64,000 bases of DNA. It comes from a bacterium. Its GTDB lineage: Bacteria; SAR324; JACQKK01. This document shows positions 40,944 through 50,321 of the stretch, one piece after another. Both the position numbers and the translations under genes were made by a program. The stretch is from contig OZ251219.1 in assembly GCA_965240465.1 (NCBI GenBank), forward strand, positions 160,001 to 224,000, written 5' to 3'. The stretch's first letter is position 1. Each line of letters starts with the position of its first letter. The notes under the pieces were generated by a model. That model did not search any database, was not told the origin of the DNA, and was given only the letters and a program-made list of their open reading frames with translations.

Positions 40944-41780
40944 CTAATTCTTTTTGCTCTGGCGTTTTATCGATGCTGGGATAGTTTCGCCTATCATTCC
41001 TTCGCTAGGGGAAGATGACTGAGCAGACTGTCTGGGAGGAATACGCCCTGCATGATGAGCATAAAAACCAGCTTCGCAAGCCAAAGCCATGGCACGTGCC
41101 ATACCAGGAGGGTCTTCTGCCTCGGCAATGGCTGTATCAATAAGAACACCATCGCATCCTAGTTCCATAGCCTGAGCAACATCAGAGGCAGTACCGATGC
41201 CGGCATCAATAATCACAGGGCATGAGAGTCTTTGGCAGATCAGAGATATATTATAAGGGTTAAGAATTCCCATGCCCGAACCAATAGGTGCCCCCAGAGG
41301 CATTACCGCCGCACAGCCGATTTCAGCCAATTTCTGGCAGGTGATGGGGTCATCAATGCAATAGGGAAGCACCTCAAATTTAAGGCGATTGAGTTCACGA
41401 GCTGCTTGAAGGAGTTTTTCAGCATCGGGATAGAGTGTGTATTCATCGGCAATAACTTCCAACTTGATGAGATTTGTTTGCAGTGCTTCCCGGGCTAGTT
41501 CCGCGGTGTAGACAGCTTCTTTGACGGTATAGCAACCTGCGGTATTGGGAAGTACCTGTACTCCTTCTTTTTTAAGGATGGAAAAAATATCTTGCTGGTT
41601 GGTATTAGGGGTCATCCTTCTTAGAGAGACGGTAGCTAGTTTAGAGCCACTGGCACGGAGAGATTTCAACATCATCTGCTGGCTGGGGTATCGGGCTGTA
41701 CCCAGGATGAGGCGAGAAGGAATTTTATGACTGCCGAGACAGAGTCCGTCTGCAAAATATGGGCGGCATGAGAGTGACAT
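40944..41780 (-). CDS. thiG: Thiazole synthase
   Basis: SRLILGT, LPNTAGC, IKLEVI (Schiff-base Lys), AVMPLGAPIGSGMG, IDAGIGTASD. Confidence 0.97.
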   Translation of the reverse strand: MSLSCRPYFADGLCLGSHKIPSRLILGTARYPSQQMMLKSLRASGSKLATVSLRRMTPNTNQQDIFSILKKEGVQVLPNTAGCYTVKEAVYTAELAREALQTNLIKLEVIADEYTLYPDAEKLLQAARELNRLKFEVLPYCIDDPITCQKLAEIGCAAVMPLGAPIGSGMGILNPYNISLICQRLSCPVIIDAGIGTASDVAQAMELGCDGVLIDTAIAEAEDPPGMARAMALACEAGFYAHHAGRIPPRQSAQSSSPSEGMIGETIPASIKRQSKKN

Positions 41781-41843
41781 AGTCTTGGGCTGCTTATTTA
41801 ATAGATAAACAGGAAGCTAGAATACAATACGAGGAGAAAAAGA

Positions 41844-42050
41844 TTATCCCCCCATTACAGCGGTTAAAATTTCTAATTGCTCGCCACCTTCAATAACGGT
41901 ATTATGCCAGTGATCGGAACTGATGATTTTACCATTCAGGCTGATGGCAATTGCTTCAGTTTGAGGAACTAATTTCTTCAACAATTGGCTTAGGGATGTT
42001 TTACTAGGCAGCTGTTCGGATTTACCGTTGATGTGGATAATGATACTCAT
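41844..42050 (-). CDS. thiS: Sulfur carrier protein ThiS
   Basis: 68 aa from ATG 42050: IHINGK, AISLNG, LEILTAVMGG (C-terminal GG); directly upstream of thiG. Confidence 0.93.
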   Translation of the reverse strand: MSIIIHINGKSEQLPSKTSLSQLLKKLVPQTEAIAISLNGKIISSDHWHNTVIEGGEQLEILTAVMGG

Positions 42051-42222
42051 GGCAACAATATAAAGATAAAATACCCTTTGGTAAGAATATAAATACAGGA
42101 CGCTTTTTGAAAAAATAAGATATTTTATATTATTGCAAAAAATAGGCACACATAGATTATTTTATTCACGGAGCATCCTTGGCTACGAAATACCTCCTGA
42201 TGTGTAGACCATATATTTTAAC

Positions 42223-42250
42223 TTGCATTGAGACAAAATTATCCTATAAT
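42223..42250 (+). promoter_or_regulatory. Candidate sigma70 promoter
   Basis: TTGCAT, 16-nt spacer, TATAAT; 47 nt upstream of ATG 42298. Confidence 0.5.
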
Positions 42251-42297
42251 AGCGTGTTTGTTGTTACAATTTACTCTATGTACCTGGAATAAAATAA

Positions 42298-42609
42298 ATG
42301 GAAAGTATGTTATCCGATGATAGTCAGGAAAATGTCAATCGTGGGTTGATGTTGTTGATTTCCGGTGGAGTGACTGTACTCCTTAAGTGGGTGTTACCAT
42401 CTGTGGCTCCGTTTGCGGTGGTCGCTTATGGGGTTTATCGCTTGTATACTCGCAATTTTCAAGAAGGGGGCATTGCCATTTTGGTGGCCTTGTTACTATT
42501 GTGGCAACGTGCTGCGGTGGGATGGCTGTTGTGGTCTGTAGGAGCATTAATGGCAGGGTTAGGCTTGTTCTTGCTGATAGCAGGCCTCAGAGAGCGACTA
42601 ACTAAATAG
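42298..42609 (+). CDS. Small hypothetical membrane protein
   Basis: 103 aa with 3-4 hydrophobic segments; fills the gap; upstream promoter-like motif. Confidence 0.7.
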   Translation: MESMLSDDSQENVNRGLMLLISGGVTVLLKWVLPSVAPFAVVAYGVYRLYTRNFQEGGIAILVALLLLWQRAAVGWLLWSVGALMAGLGLFLLIAGLRERLTK

Positions 42610-42666
42610 CTTCTGAGATTTTAGCACTAGCTGATTTATTCTGGATCACACAAAAGTAGAATTAAA

Positions 42667-43365
42667 ATGGCGAAGTATTTTATCAAAAATATAGCAACAT
42701 TCGCAGTTTTGGCAACTGCTGTATTATCTTCTGATTGGGTATTGGCTCAATCCACCATCCGTTTGGATGATTTTTCCTCAAACTTTCAGCCCCAAACACT
42801 GCCTAAAAATTGGGAAAAGAAAACAATAAAATTTCTGGCTTCTGAGAAGGGAGAAGAATATCAGTTTTTTAATAAATCAAATGAGCATTACATTCGCATG
42901 GCTACTGGGCCGGGGAATTTTTTCAGTCTGTCACCTAAGCGAATTGTTCTGCCCGTTGATTACCCCATTCTAGCTTGGGAATGGAAAGTATCTCGCTTTC
43001 CATCAAAAACCAAAATCAAAAACGGACTGCGTAGCGACAAGGCTGCCTCTATATGTCTATTTGACAATTATTCCAGCAAATTAAAATACCGTGCTGTTTG
43101 CTATGCGTGGGAGCTAGATAGTACTAAAGATGTTCCCCTCTTAACCCCCGGCAACAAACGCATTTATTTTATAATTCTCCGTACCCAAAAAAGCGACAAA
43201 AAAGAACAGTGGTATCCTGAAAAACGTAATTTGCAAGTAGATTTCAAGAAAATCTGGAAAAAAGAACCACGTGAAGGAAGAATCGTACTTTTCGTAGATT
43301 CGGATACCTCTAAATCCAATGCAGAGGCCGCGTTCCGTAAAATAATCATCTCTAAAACTCCCTAA
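42667..43365 (+). CDS. Exported protein, DUF3047-like
   Basis: Signal peptide; YPILAWEWKV, SDKAA, VCYAW, WYPEKRNLQVDFKK, VDSDTS resemble the DUF3047 pattern. Confidence 0.7.
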   Translation: MAKYFIKNIATFAVLATAVLSSDWVLAQSTIRLDDFSSNFQPQTLPKNWEKKTIKFLASEKGEEYQFFNKSNEHYIRMATGPGNFFSLSPKRIVLPVDYPILAWEWKVSRFPSKTKIKNGLRSDKAASICLFDNYSSKLKYRAVCYAWELDSTKDVPLLTPGNKRIYFIILRTQKSDKKEQWYPEKRNLQVDFKKIWKKEPREGRIVLFVDSDTSKSNAEAAFRKIIISKTP

Positions 43366-43404
43366 AACCAAGCTCTCAGGGGAGTCCCAAGCTAGGATTA
43401 GGTG

Positions 43405-44112
43405 TCAAATGGACATCGGCTGTGCTTCAAGTATTTGCATAGCCAGTTGCAACCAGTTGGGCGGTATATGTCCTTGGGAAAAAAAATCGCCAACGGAGTT
43501 ATCAAAAGGTAAGAAACAAGCATTGATGTTGAGTTCATGCTTAGTAACATGTCTACAAAGGGACTGCTTGTTTTTGCTGAACTCCGCCGCATGAAAAAAA
43601 TCTGGCGATTGAACCTGATTAAATACCACCTGTGCCAAAAAATCTCGCTCTGTTTCTACTTTGGATTGTCGCTTGATGAGAGCTGCCAACCAAGTTAGCG
43701 TCCACACATCGGGCAGAACAGGAAGGCATGGGATAAGCAACAAATCCGCGGTGCGAATAATGCTCTCGGTAGAAGCAGAAAGACCGGGAGGACCATCTAT
43801 GACTACCCAGTCTACATCAGTACGGGTACGCAACTCCAAATGCTTATCTGGTAAAGGCAGGGTTTCCAACTGCATTTCTTTAGGTAGCCCATGCATAGCA
43901 CACCAGTCACTGCTGGTAGCCTGAGGGTCAGCATCCACCAACAGTACCCGTTGGTGAAGTCGTTGCAAGGCTAGGGATGTAATTAAAGACAGGGTACTCT
44001 TTCCCACCCCCCCCTTCTGGTGCAAAAAAGCCACCACCGCAACCCTTTTCTGGTGGAGCCAAACCGCATTTGGCAACCGAAAGGTATCTTTATGACGGAA
44101 AGAACCCGTCAT
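43405..44112 (-). CDS. ParA/MinD-family ATPase (short, orphan)
   Basis: Deviant Walker A QKGGVGKST, VDADPQ, VIDGPP, ADLLLIP; starts 2 nt after the htpX stop. Confidence 0.88.
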   Translation of the reverse strand: MTGSFRHKDTFRLPNAVWLHQKRVAVVAFLHQKGGVGKSTLSLITSLALQRLHQRVLLVDADPQATSSDWCAMHGLPKEMQLETLPLPDKHLELRTRTDVDWVVIDGPPGLSASTESIIRTADLLLIPCLPVLPDVWTLTWLAALIKRQSKVETERDFLAQVVFNQVQSPDFFHAAEFSKNKQSLCRHVTKHELNINACFLPFDNSVGDFFSQGHIPPNWLQLAMQILEAQPMSI

Positions 44113-44114
44113 TT

Positions 44115-45008
44115 CTACGATAAATCCAAACTCTGTAAGGCTTGGATTCGCTTTTCTAAGGGTGGATGAGTAGAAAGCAAGGCTGAAAATCCTGCTGGGC
44201 GAGAAGATATTTTCAGGGTTTTCAAAGAGGCCGGCTCTTCACCTACAGAAGCCAAATTAAGAGTCCCGCGTAAACCCTCTAACGCAGATACCATTTTTTT
44301 ACGACCCGCCAAACGTGCTCCTCCCGCGTCCGCTTTGAACTCTCGCAAGCGAGAAAACCACGTCACTACTATCATTCCCAAAAGGCTGAACACGATCTGC
44401 AGCACAATCACTATCATGAAATGCACCATCACCCTTCCTCCATCACGCATCCGTGAAGTAATGGCAAATGCAATTACTCGGGCCAAGAACATCACCACGG
44501 CGTTAATAACACCCTGCAACAGAGTCATTGTTACCATATCCCCATTCACAATATGAGAAACCTCATGAGCTAGTATCGCTTCTACCTGATCATCTTTCAT
44601 TCGCGATAACAAACCCCGAGAAACTGCCACCAAAGATCGCTTGCGGGTAGGACCGGTAGCAAATGCATTTACCTCTTGGCTCTCATAAATGCCTACTTCG
44701 GGCATAACAGTCATGCCAGCTTTCTTGCTCAATGCATGGACTTTGGCTACCAAATCCCTATCTGTGCTTCCTCCTTCTCCGGGTCGGATAACCTTTACCC
44801 CCATCATTTTTTTAGCAACCCAACGAGATATCCACAAAGACAAAAATGCTCCGCCCATGCCCCAAACTAAACAAAATATCGCCAGACTCTTATAATCCAG
44901 TCCCTGTGCCGTGACATAATTGCCCAAGCCGAGTGCACTCGTTACCACGAACAAAGTGGTAATAATCAAGATATTCACCATGAAAAATAAAGTCATTCGC
45001 CTAAACAT
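44115..45008 (-). CDS. htpX: Membrane zinc metalloprotease HtpX
   Basis: NAFATG, AHEVSHIVNGDMVTMTLLQG (HExxH), FSRLREFKAD, STHPPLEKRI. Confidence 0.97.
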   Translation of the reverse strand: MFRRMTLFFMVNILIITTLFVVTSALGLGNYVTAQGLDYKSLAIFCLVWGMGGAFLSLWISRWVAKKMMGVKVIRPGEGGSTDRDLVAKVHALSKKAGMTVMPEVGIYESQEVNAFATGPTRKRSLVAVSRGLLSRMKDDQVEAILAHEVSHIVNGDMVTMTLLQGVINAVVMFLARVIAFAITSRMRDGGRVMVHFMIVIVLQIVFSLLGMIVVTWFSRLREFKADAGGARLAGRKKMVSALEGLRGTLNLASVGEEPASLKTLKISSRPAGFSALLSTHPPLEKRIQALQSLDLS

Positions 45009-45139
45009 TGTTTTCTATTCTCCTCATATTGCATTTTGGTAAAATTATCTGACACTCCCCACAGGATATTCCTTCTTTTCAATTATCACAAGCTCAGCTC
45101 ATGCCAAAAATCAATTGGCAAGTACTGATATGTCAGAAC

Positions 45140-46549
45140 TTATGAAGATGTCATGGACTTAGAAAAAAATTTTACCAGTTGATGAGCCAATAAGGTTTTA
45201 GGCATCAAGGGTAATGTTAGTGGCTTATCGGGCTGTAAGCGAGTAAGCAAGGTGACTTGGTTGAAATCGGAATCAAAGCCTGCATGGGGTTGATCAATAG
45301 AATTGGCGATCACGATATCTGCATTTTTAGAGTGCATCTTGCGTTTTGCTTCTGATAGGAGGGAATTACCATGCTCAGCAACGAAGATGACAAGCAATTG
45401 TCCTTTTAGCTTTTTTTGCCCAACTTCTTTGGCAATATCAGGGTTAGGAGTAAAATTTAGGATAAGAGGAGAGGAACCGCGTTTTATTTTTTGATTATGT
45501 CGTTTTGGCTTAAAGTCGCTAACAGCAGCACAGAGTATCAAGGCATCTTGTTGGGGTTGGACTTTAAGAACGGTGGCTCTCATTTGTTCTGTATCCCGAA
45601 TTTGCAGGTGTTTTATTTTTCTTGGGGGTTTGATCCCTACAGGTCCAGAAACCAAAGTTACTTCTGCACCTAATTGCTGGCATGACTGGGCTATGGAATA
45701 GCCCATTTTCCCACTAGATTTATTGCCTATAAAACGGACCGGGTCTATATCTTCTATAGTGGGACCCGCAGTAACGAGGATTTTCTTACCCTCCAGAGAG
45801 TCTTCTTGGCGGACGTTTGTGGGCGGGATACCTGCCAGCTTTTCATTGAGCACGGTTATCAGTAGATCTGGCTCTGGCAGTCTGCCGATTGCTTGCCAGC
45901 CTTCAGCAAGCTCACCATAGGCAGGAGGAATGATTATTACCCCTCGCTGTTGCAAAATACTTACGTTCTCTTGAGTGGCTGGGTGCTCCCACATTCTATT
46001 GTTCATGGCTGGGGCCATCACAACTGGTGCAGCCGTAGCTAGCAAGGTCGCGCTGAGGGTTTCTGATGCCTGTCCACCACGATAAGAAGCCATCAAATTG
46101 GCGGTGGCAGGAACAACAAAAACCACCTCTGCCCATTCTGCCAGTTGGATATGCTCAATACGACCATCTGGGGTTAATCCCAGGCGAGACATTGCCACTG
46201 GCACCCCTGAAAGGGTCTCAAAAGTAAGGGGAGCCACAAAACGACGTGCTTCTTTGGTCAATACCACCTGTACCTCAGCTTGGCAGCGTTTTAGTAGTCG
46301 CAGTACTTCCACTGCCTTGTAGCAGGCTATTCCACCAGAAACACCCAGTAAAATTCGCCTATTAGCCAGAGCAGGCCAAACATTCTTAACCGCACTGTCC
46401 TCATTCAGTGATGCCAAATCATTTCCCGCTAAATCATCAGGCTTAACCAGATCCACGGCTACAGAGCTATTTTTGGTAGGCTCTTTCTTCCGAGCAGATC
46501 CTCTCTGAGATTTAGAATGCCCTACTTCCATGATTTCATTTTTAACCAC
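45140..46549 (-). CDS. coaBC: Phosphopantothenoylcysteine decarboxylase / synthetase
   Basis: GVSGGIACYK, HIQLAEWA, PATAN, PAMNNRMW, VTAGPTIEDIDPVRFIGNKSSGKMG, AAVSDF. Start uncertain (N-terminal extension). Confidence 0.96.
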   Translation of the reverse strand: MVKNEIMEVGHSKSQRGSARKKEPTKNSSVAVDLVKPDDLAGNDLASLNEDSAVKNVWPALANRRILLGVSGGIACYKAVEVLRLLKRCQAEVQVVLTKEARRFVAPLTFETLSGVPVAMSRLGLTPDGRIEHIQLAEWAEVVFVVPATANLMASYRGGQASETLSATLLATAAPVVMAPAMNNRMWEHPATQENVSILQQRGVIIIPPAYGELAEGWQAIGRLPEPDLLITVLNEKLAGIPPTNVRQEDSLEGKKILVTAGPTIEDIDPVRFIGNKSSGKMGYSIAQSCQQLGAEVTLVSGPVGIKPPRKIKHLQIRDTEQMRATVLKVQPQQDALILCAAVSDFKPKRHNQKIKRGSSPLILNFTPNPDIAKEVGQKKLKGQLLVIFVAEHGNSLLSEAKRKMHSKNADIVIANSIDQPHAGFDSDFNQVTLLTRLQPDKPLTLPLMPKTLLAHQLVKFFSKSMTSS

Positions 46550-46850
46550 AATATAAAAAACCGAGTGCCAATCCAGCTATAAACACCTGCAACCAGCCTA
46601 TTTTCACCATTATGGCATATGTTGCTATTTTAAGTGGTACAACTGATAAAAAGCACCGTGAAACATCTGCTAATATGTGCCAGCCTTATGAACCACAAGT
46701 ACTTACGATATACTTCTATTTTGAAAACCTGTCCTTCCACACCTGCTATAAATATGAGACAAGTACCCAATCAAAGAGATAACAGCTATTTTTACTTCTC
46801 TGATGATTTGCCTGCCTTGTCATTCTGCCACCTACCTTTTAGAGCATACC

Positions 46851-47648
46851 ATGTCTACCACTATTGTATTCTCTAGCGAAAAAGGCGGAGTAGGCAAAAC
46901 AACTTCGGCGGTCAATTTATCTGCCAGTCTGGTTTCTGCCAATTTTCGGGTATTGGTGGTAGATATGGACCCCCAGAGCTCAGTGCGTTTCTCTTCTGGA
47001 GTCAGTAAAGAGTCCCCACTGGGTACTTACCAACTTCTTACCGACCCCCAAACTCCGCTAGAAAATTTGATTCAGATCACTCCGGGATTAGGGCTAGATT
47101 ACATATTTGCCAATTTCAAGGACTGGTCTCAGGAAAATGACACCCTCTGGCATATCCAGCCCGACACCCTTAAAAACCGTCTCAATCTGGCTTCTAATTA
47201 TGATTTCATCATCTTAGATGCCCCCGCCAGCCTCAACATGCTCACCCTGAATGCCATCACAGCCGCTAACATTGTCATTCTGCCGTTGCAGTGCGAGTCG
47301 CTAGCTATGCATTCGCTCAAACGATATTTGCAAGGGTTCCATTATTTACAGCAAAAACACAATCCTTCCATTCGTATTGCGGGAATACTGTTGACTATGT
47401 TTGATAAAAATCTTGCTATCCATCGCCGTCTCTGCCAGCAAATCTATCGCACTCTGGGGGATTCGGTGTTAAAAACCATCATTCCCCGCTCAAGGGAATT
47501 AGTGGAAGCCTCTGCCTTAGGACAATCCGTACTCACATACAATGCCCATTCCATCGCGGCTACATCCTATTTGCACCTGAGCAAAGAAATTTTACAGAAT
47601 TTTTATTATCCTCATTCTGCCACTCGCTCATACGCTAACCCTACCTAG
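46851..47648 (+). CDS. ParA/Soj-family ATPase (orphan)
   Basis: EKGGVGKTTSAVNL, VDMDPQ, YDFIILDAP, PLQCE, GILLTMFD, TIIPRS..LVEA. ATG 46851 preferred. Confidence 0.92.
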   Translation: MSTTIVFSSEKGGVGKTTSAVNLSASLVSANFRVLVVDMDPQSSVRFSSGVSKESPLGTYQLLTDPQTPLENLIQITPGLGLDYIFANFKDWSQENDTLWHIQPDTLKNRLNLASNYDFIILDAPASLNMLTLNAITAANIVILPLQCESLAMHSLKRYLQGFHYLQQKHNPSIRIAGILLTMFDKNLAIHRRLCQQIYRTLGDSVLKTIIPRSRELVEASALGQSVLTYNAHSIAATSYLHLSKEILQNFYYPHSATRSYANPT

Positions 47649-47691
47649 CAACACTGAGCTCATTAACCTTTGCTTAAAAGAAATAATACTC

Positions 47692-48174
47692 TTGGTTCAA
47701 ACCCAACCTGCTACTTTAGACCCAACCCCCCAGCCCACCGGCTCACGTAGACAGAGTCGGGTATTCGCATTACAAATGCTTTACCTAATAGAAATACAAC
47801 AAAAATTACCAGCCGATATTCAATCTTCATTTTGGCGGCATGTTCGTTCCTCAAAGCAGGCACGTATTTTTACTCAAAAATTGGTTGATAACACCTGCTC
47901 TCAACAAAAAAAAATAGATGCTCTCATCTCTGGCTACTTGATAAACTGGAAATTCAATCGCTTGGCTGTCATTGTTAAACAAATCCTCCGCCTTGCAATC
48001 TGTGAAATACTGGTACTTAAGGAATCTCCCCCTGAGGTGATCATCAATGAAGCCATAGAACTTACCCGCATCTACATGGACGAAGAATCTACCAAATTTG
48101 TCAACGGTGTGCTAGATGAATGCCTGAAATCCCAGCCTGATTCCACACTGACAAATACCAAACATGAAGGATAG
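47692..48174 (+). CDS. nusB: Transcription antitermination factor NusB
   Basis: RRQSRVFALQMLY, ID.LI...L.NW, ILRLAICE, VIINEAIEL, KFVNGVLD. Confidence 0.95.
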   Translation: MVQTQPATLDPTPQPTGSRRQSRVFALQMLYLIEIQQKLPADIQSSFWRHVRSSKQARIFTQKLVDNTCSQQKKIDALISGYLINWKFNRLAVIVKQILRLAICEILVLKESPPEVIINEAIELTRIYMDEESTKFVNGVLDECLKSQPDSTLTNTKHEG

Positions 48175-48233
48175 GAAATTCTTGTCTGACAAATATTAGT
48201 TTTGACCGCCACACCCTATGTTTTCGCATTGTA

Positions 48234-50318
48234 TTGTCACTATCTGCTGATATGTCCGCCCTAAGCAAAAATCAATTGCACCTTAGTCAACTGCGTAAAG
48301 AACAATTGCAGGCTTTCTCGTCTTATTACCTTGATGATTCACCACTATTAACAGACGAACAATATGATGATCTGTGTTGCCAATTGCTAGCAAGTGAAGT
48401 ACCCAATTCGCAATCAAGGGAATGGTTTTCTGAGAATGTTTGGGTGGTTTCAAATCGGAACACCCCTTTTACAAGTGGTCTGCACCAAATTCCCATGCTC
48501 AGCCTCACCAATCTTTACAACCTTGAAGAACTTAAGGCATGGTATCTCGGACTCCAGAAGCTACTTCCACAGGCATCATTGAGTTATCTATGCCAATTGA
48601 AGCTGGATGGAGTTGCAGTTTCGCTTCGTTATCAAAAAGGAGTGCTTACTCAAGCTCTTACCCGCGGTGATGGTCAACAAGGTGAAGACATTACCCGCAA
48701 CATTAAAACCGTTAGTGATGTTCCATACCGTTTGAAGCAACCAGTGGATATTGAAGTACGGGGAGAAATTTGCTACCCATTTAAGGCATTTGCTAAGGAA
48801 AATAGCCTCCGAGAATCTCAAGGGCAAGAGCTCATGAAGAATCCTCGCAATGCGGTGGCTGGATTGATGCTCACCCTAGACAGTACGATAGCTAGCCATC
48901 ACAATTTGAAGATGTGTGTCTTTGAGCTTATCACTAAGACTGACGTACCTAGCTCTAATCAGCACTCAGATGATTTATCCGCCCTGCAATGGTTAAAAGA
49001 ACTGGGGCTTCCCATAAAGGAAGATATTAGAGAAACTAATTCTATATCTGTCTTGGAAGATTTTTATAATTACTGCCTAACAAGTCGTCATAACCTAGAA
49101 TTGCCCATAGACGGGGTAGTAGTGAAACTGAATTCTCTGCAACAGCGTGACCAAGTGGGTAGCACCTTAAAATCTCCGCGCTGGGCAGTAGCCCTCAAAT
49201 TCCCTGCCGAAAAAGCATGTACCATTCTAAAAGGGGTAGAACTAAACGTGGGTCGTACTGGACGCATCAATCCCACCGCGATCTTAAAACCTGTCCAATT
49301 GGATGGCACCACAGTCGCGCGTGCTACCCTGCACAACTTTGATCAGATTGAAAGACTTCAATTGTGTATAGGGGTTCAAGTGCAGGTGGAAAAAGGCGGA
49401 GACATTATCCCCAAGGTGGTAGGCTTGGCACCCACCAAAATTGCGGCCTCCTCAAATGCACCTGCCGAAACTAACATCCCCCCACCTGATTACTGCCCTA
49501 GTTGCCACACACCCCTCAAACGCCACACAGGCGAAGTGGATTATTACTGCCTCAACCCTCTCTGCCCTCAACAATATGCAGAACGCCTGCTACATTTTGT
49601 ATCCCGACCAGCTATGAACATTGAAGAACTCGGTCCGGCTATCATTAATCAGCTACTCAACAAACAATGGGTATCTGCTTGGGCTGATATCTATGACCCC
49701 ACCTGCCTTAATCAAGACAAACTAGCTAGTCTGGAGAATATGGGTGAGAAATCAGCCCAGCTGGTGATGGAAAACATTGAATGCTCCAAGTCAGTGCCTC
49801 TTCATCGTTTTTTGCATGCGGTGGGCATACGCTATGTAGGAGCACGAACGTCACAAATACTGGCTGAAGTATTTGGCTCACTGGAAGCTGTTCAGGATGC
49901 CTCCCTTGAGCAATTATTAGATATTCCAGCCATTGGAGAAGTTATGGCAGAAAGCATTAGAGCCTTCTTTTGCAATTCATCCCAATTGGATCTTATTGCC
50001 AGAGCTCGCTCATTTGGCTTGAATCCACAGCCAATTTCACTCTTAAAAACAACTGCTCTCAGTGGTAAACGCATAGTGATTACAGGCACTCTTTCTATAT
50101 CCAGAGATGAATGGAAACAGAAGCTCTTGCAATGCGGTGTTATCGTAAGTAGCAAGGTATCGCGTAATACCGACTGTTTACTGGTAGGTGATAATCCCGG
50201 TAGCAAGAAAGAACAAGCCAAAAAGCTGGATATACCCATCTATAATGAATACCAGATCATTGACCTTCTCAATTCCCCTGGCGAAACCAACTCTATCCCT
50301 ACTGAAAATAGATCTTAA
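48234..50318 (+). CDS. ligA: NAD-dependent DNA ligase
   Basis: KLDG adenylation motif, TRGDG, EVRGE, IDGVVVK, VGRTG, C4 zinc finger, HhH repeats, BRCT domain (GSKKEQA). Start may be ATG 48252. Confidence 0.96.
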   Translation: MSLSADMSALSKNQLHLSQLRKEQLQAFSSYYLDDSPLLTDEQYDDLCCQLLASEVPNSQSREWFSENVWVVSNRNTPFTSGLHQIPMLSLTNLYNLEELKAWYLGLQKLLPQASLSYLCQLKLDGVAVSLRYQKGVLTQALTRGDGQQGEDITRNIKTVSDVPYRLKQPVDIEVRGEICYPFKAFAKENSLRESQGQELMKNPRNAVAGLMLTLDSTIASHHNLKMCVFELITKTDVPSSNQHSDDLSALQWLKELGLPIKEDIRETNSISVLEDFYNYCLTSRHNLELPIDGVVVKLNSLQQRDQVGSTLKSPRWAVALKFPAEKACTILKGVELNVGRTGRINPTAILKPVQLDGTTVARATLHNFDQIERLQLCIGVQVQVEKGGDIIPKVVGLAPTKIAASSNAPAETNIPPPDYCPSCHTPLKRHTGEVDYYCLNPLCPQQYAERLLHFVSRPAMNIEELGPAIINQLLNKQWVSAWADIYDPTCLNQDKLASLENMGEKSAQLVMENIECSKSVPLHRFLHAVGIRYVGARTSQILAEVFGSLEAVQDASLEQLLDIPAIGEVMAESIRAFFCNSSQLDLIARARSFGLNPQPISLLKTTALSGKRIVITGTLSISRDEWKQKLLQCGVIVSSKVSRNTDCLLVGDNPGSKKEQAKKLDIPIYNEYQIIDLLNSPGETNSIPTENRS

Positions 50319-50321
50319 ACT

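Noticed and set aside
42051-42297. TPP riboswitch upstream of thiS-thiG
   Set aside because: No CUGAGA core or other TPP aptamer motif on the minus strand; the region is AT-rich.
22805-43407. Genome-wide TGA reassignment (genetic code 4 or 25)
   Set aside because: TGA ends grpE (37632), tolB (29311), tolR (31474), the ABC subunit (22805, ATGA coupling) and parA (43405) at plausible C-termini, and long genes contain no internal TGA.
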